Assembly: GCA_965217775.1 (NCBI GenBank)
Contig: CBDCJH010000002.1
Span: 3,648,001 to 3,712,000, forward strand
Reading direction: 5' to 3'
DNA from: Acidobacteriota bacterium
GTDB taxonomy: Bacteria > Acidobacteriota > UBA6911 > RPQK01 > JAJDTT01
DNA length: 64,000 nucleotides
The notes under the pieces are model-generated. The model worked only from the letters and a program-made list of their open reading frames with translations, had not been told where the DNA came from and made no database searches. How positions within the stretch are numbered: the first letter of the stretch is position 1; each line of letters starts with the position of its first letter. Shown one piece after another: positions 62,026-64,000 of the stretch. The position numbers and the translations under genes are program-made.

Positions 62026-62558
62026 TGTGGAGTCCCCCCGTCCTGCCGGTTCAGGAGGCCGTCCAGGCCGGCGCTGGTCTCGGTGATCCGATCGGAGCTG
62101 GGACCGATGTCGGTCATGATGTATTCGTGAATCAGAGCCTGGCTCCGGTACAGCAGGTCCAGAAGGCTGCCGAGGATGTCCATCTGCTCTTCGTGTTTGG
62201 GCCGCAGTTTCCGCAACGGGCCGGGGCGGCGCGCTTCCTGAGCCTGAATCTGCGCGATCCTCACGGCGACGGCGGCGGAAGCCTCCAGCGGATCGGGGTC
62301 ATTGTTGGCCTTGACCGTCTCCACGGTGCGCTTCAAAACCCGGGCTTCTCTCCGTAACTCCATGGCCGAGTCGAATAACTCATCGGCATGGAATTGGTAG
62401 TCGGAGACGTTCTGGTGCGCCGCCAGCAGCCCCTCGAGCTGGATGGCGGAGGCGTTCTTGAGGTAAGTGGGTTTGGCGCAGGCGGACAGCGGAAGAATCA
62501 GCACTGCGGCGATGAGCGAGCGGCGGATTTCGTGCGTGGCAAGGCAAACGTGTTGCAT
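62022..62558 (-). CDS. Hypothetical helical lipoprotein
   Basis: Lipobox LSAC after a hydrophobic stretch; GGGAGA RBS. Confidence 0.75.
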   Translation of the reverse strand: MQHVCLATHEIRRSLIAAVLILPLSACAKPTYLKNASAIQLEGLLAAHQNVSDYQFHADELFDSAMELRREARVLKRTVETVKANNDPDPLEASAAVAVRIAQIQAQEARRPGPLRKLRPKHEEQMDILGSLLDLLYRSQALIHEYIMTDIGPSSDRITETSAGLDGLLNRQDGGTPQ

Positions 62559-63394
62559 GGGTTCTCCCTTCCCGGACTATGGGGTGACGGAATTGGCCGG
62601 ATGGTGAGCGGCCGCGATCAGGGATGGCAATGCGCCCCGGTCCGAATTGAGTTCAGACCGGTAAGTGGAAGGCAGCGAAGCAGGAGCGCATGACCATTGC
62701 CGAAGACGGTAGCACGAACGAGGGGGGATTGCCATTTGTCGTGCGCACGGCGTCCGGCCCGGCGGGCACTTGGATGGCACCGCCGCGCATCACGCCTTGG
62801 AACTCGTTCCAGATCAGATCCGCGCCATCCTCGACACGCCGCGCAGGTCTACAAGCATCGGTCTTCTGCGCCCGAAATCGACCAAGACGGAACACACTAA
62901 TCCGCTTAACGCCGACCGGTCATCTACCCGCCTGAGAAGAATCCGGACGAATGCTCCATTCGTCGTTCCAGGGACTGATAGCGGGAACTCAAGCGGCAAA
63001 CGGAACCGGATACGTTGGGTTTTTCCTGAGGTGGAACTCCTGTGTCGTTGTGGAATGAATGGTCGGTCTGTGTGAAACGCGACTCAAATGGACTCTTCGT
63101 CTGGCGCAGGACGAGTTGGTTTAGATTTAGTCATGGATCCTCTGTATGACGGAATCGACCTGACGGTCTTGCAATGGGGATCCCATATAAAACTCTCAAT
63201 AACAGTCCCGTAGATTATAGACTCATAGAGTGAATTTAACGTGAAATAACGAGCCAATAAAGTGATCTTTTTGTGATTTTATTCACGAGTATGCTATCCT
63301 TGGCGCCAACTCGGCTTGAATCCGGATTCTCCATCGAGCCGACGCACGACGGCGCCAAACTGAATTTTGCTCCGGGGCCAGCGAGGGAGGACAG

Positions 63395-64000
63395 TTGAAG
63401 AGTCCCGATGAACTGCGGCGAGAGAACCAGGTGCTCCGGGATCGCATCTCCAAGCTGAGCGCGGCCACCCTGCTCATCAGCGCGAGCCTCGACGTCAGCA
63501 CCGTCCTGCGCGAGGTCGTAGAGAGCGCCCGCGCGTTGACCGGTGCTCGTTACGGCGGGATTACGACCATCGGCGACTCAGGCCAGGTCCAGGACTTCGT
63601 TTCTTCCGGCATCACTCCGGGCGAACACCGGCGGATGACGGACTGGCCTGACGGCCCGCGGCTCTTCGAACACTTCCGGGACCTGCCTGGAGCACTGAGA
63701 CTGCGAGACTTGCCCGGCTATGTCCGGTCTCTTGGCTATTCCCCGGAGCTGTTGCCGGCAAAGACCTTCCAGGTCACGCCGATGCGGCACGGGGGCGTCC
63801 ATGTCGGCACCTTGTTTGTCGCCAAGAAGGAAGGCGGACGAGAATTCACGAGCGAGGACGAAGAGGTTCTGTTGATGTTCGCGGCGCAGGCAACGACGGC
63901 AATCGCCAATGCTCGTGCGCACCGGGACGAGCAACGGGCCCGGGCCGACCTGGAGGCCCTGGTCGACACTTCGCCGGTGGGGGTCGTGGTCCTCGATGCC
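63395..64000 (+). CDS. Hybrid sensor kinase paralog (5' part, runs off the window)
   Basis: GGAGG-N4-TTG; KSPDELRRENQVLRDRISKLSAA..ALTGARYG..DTSPVGVVV colinear with 42890..45232. Confidence 0.9.
   Translation, partial: MKSPDELRRENQVLRDRISKLSAATLLISASLDVSTVLREVVESARALTGARYGGITTIGDSGQVQDFVSSGITPGEHRRMTDWPDGPRLFEHFRDLPGALRLRDLPGYVRSLGYSPELLPAKTFQVTPMRHGGVHVGTLFVAKKEGGREFTSEDEEVLLMFAAQATTAIANARAHRDEQRARADLEALVDTSPVGVVVLDA

Overview
GC-rich bacterial window, probably Acidobacteriota; the taxon is inferred from gene content such as the acidobacterial-type VWA protein, not proven. Left arm (1-24 kb, accessory): an IS1595-family element, two paralogous giant secreted trypsin-like proteases (1761 aa and 3033 aa, the latter with 14 CARDB-like repeats), an ISKra4-type element, and an ECF sigma factor / membrane Ser/Thr kinase pair. 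A motif GTCCG-N16-CGTCAT recurs upstream of the kinase and of both protease genes and is a candidate ECF promoter. Middle: housekeeping genes (gltBD with a LysR regulator, DapA/NanA-like lyase, deacetylase, Qor, acyl-CoA ligase-ACP-acyltransferase, GNAT, M28 peptidase, EF-G paralog, lgt, RluA-family synthase, VWA, GT2). Within this block, at 39.3-42.4 kb, lies a decayed diversity-generating retroelement (DGR) locus: two FGE-sulfatase/CLec target genes with AAC-type variable regions, a downstream hairpin and a truncated avd. I saw no template repeat or reverse transcriptase in the window. Right arm: a pseudokinase-NTPase-TPR-sigma54 activator whose 3' end is duplicated, a split pentapeptide-repeat gene, a beta-barrel, an uncharacterised four-gene helical operon and a second hybrid histidine kinase. 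Two REP-like palindrome families are dispersed in intergenic regions. All assignments are by eye from motifs; no database searches were run.
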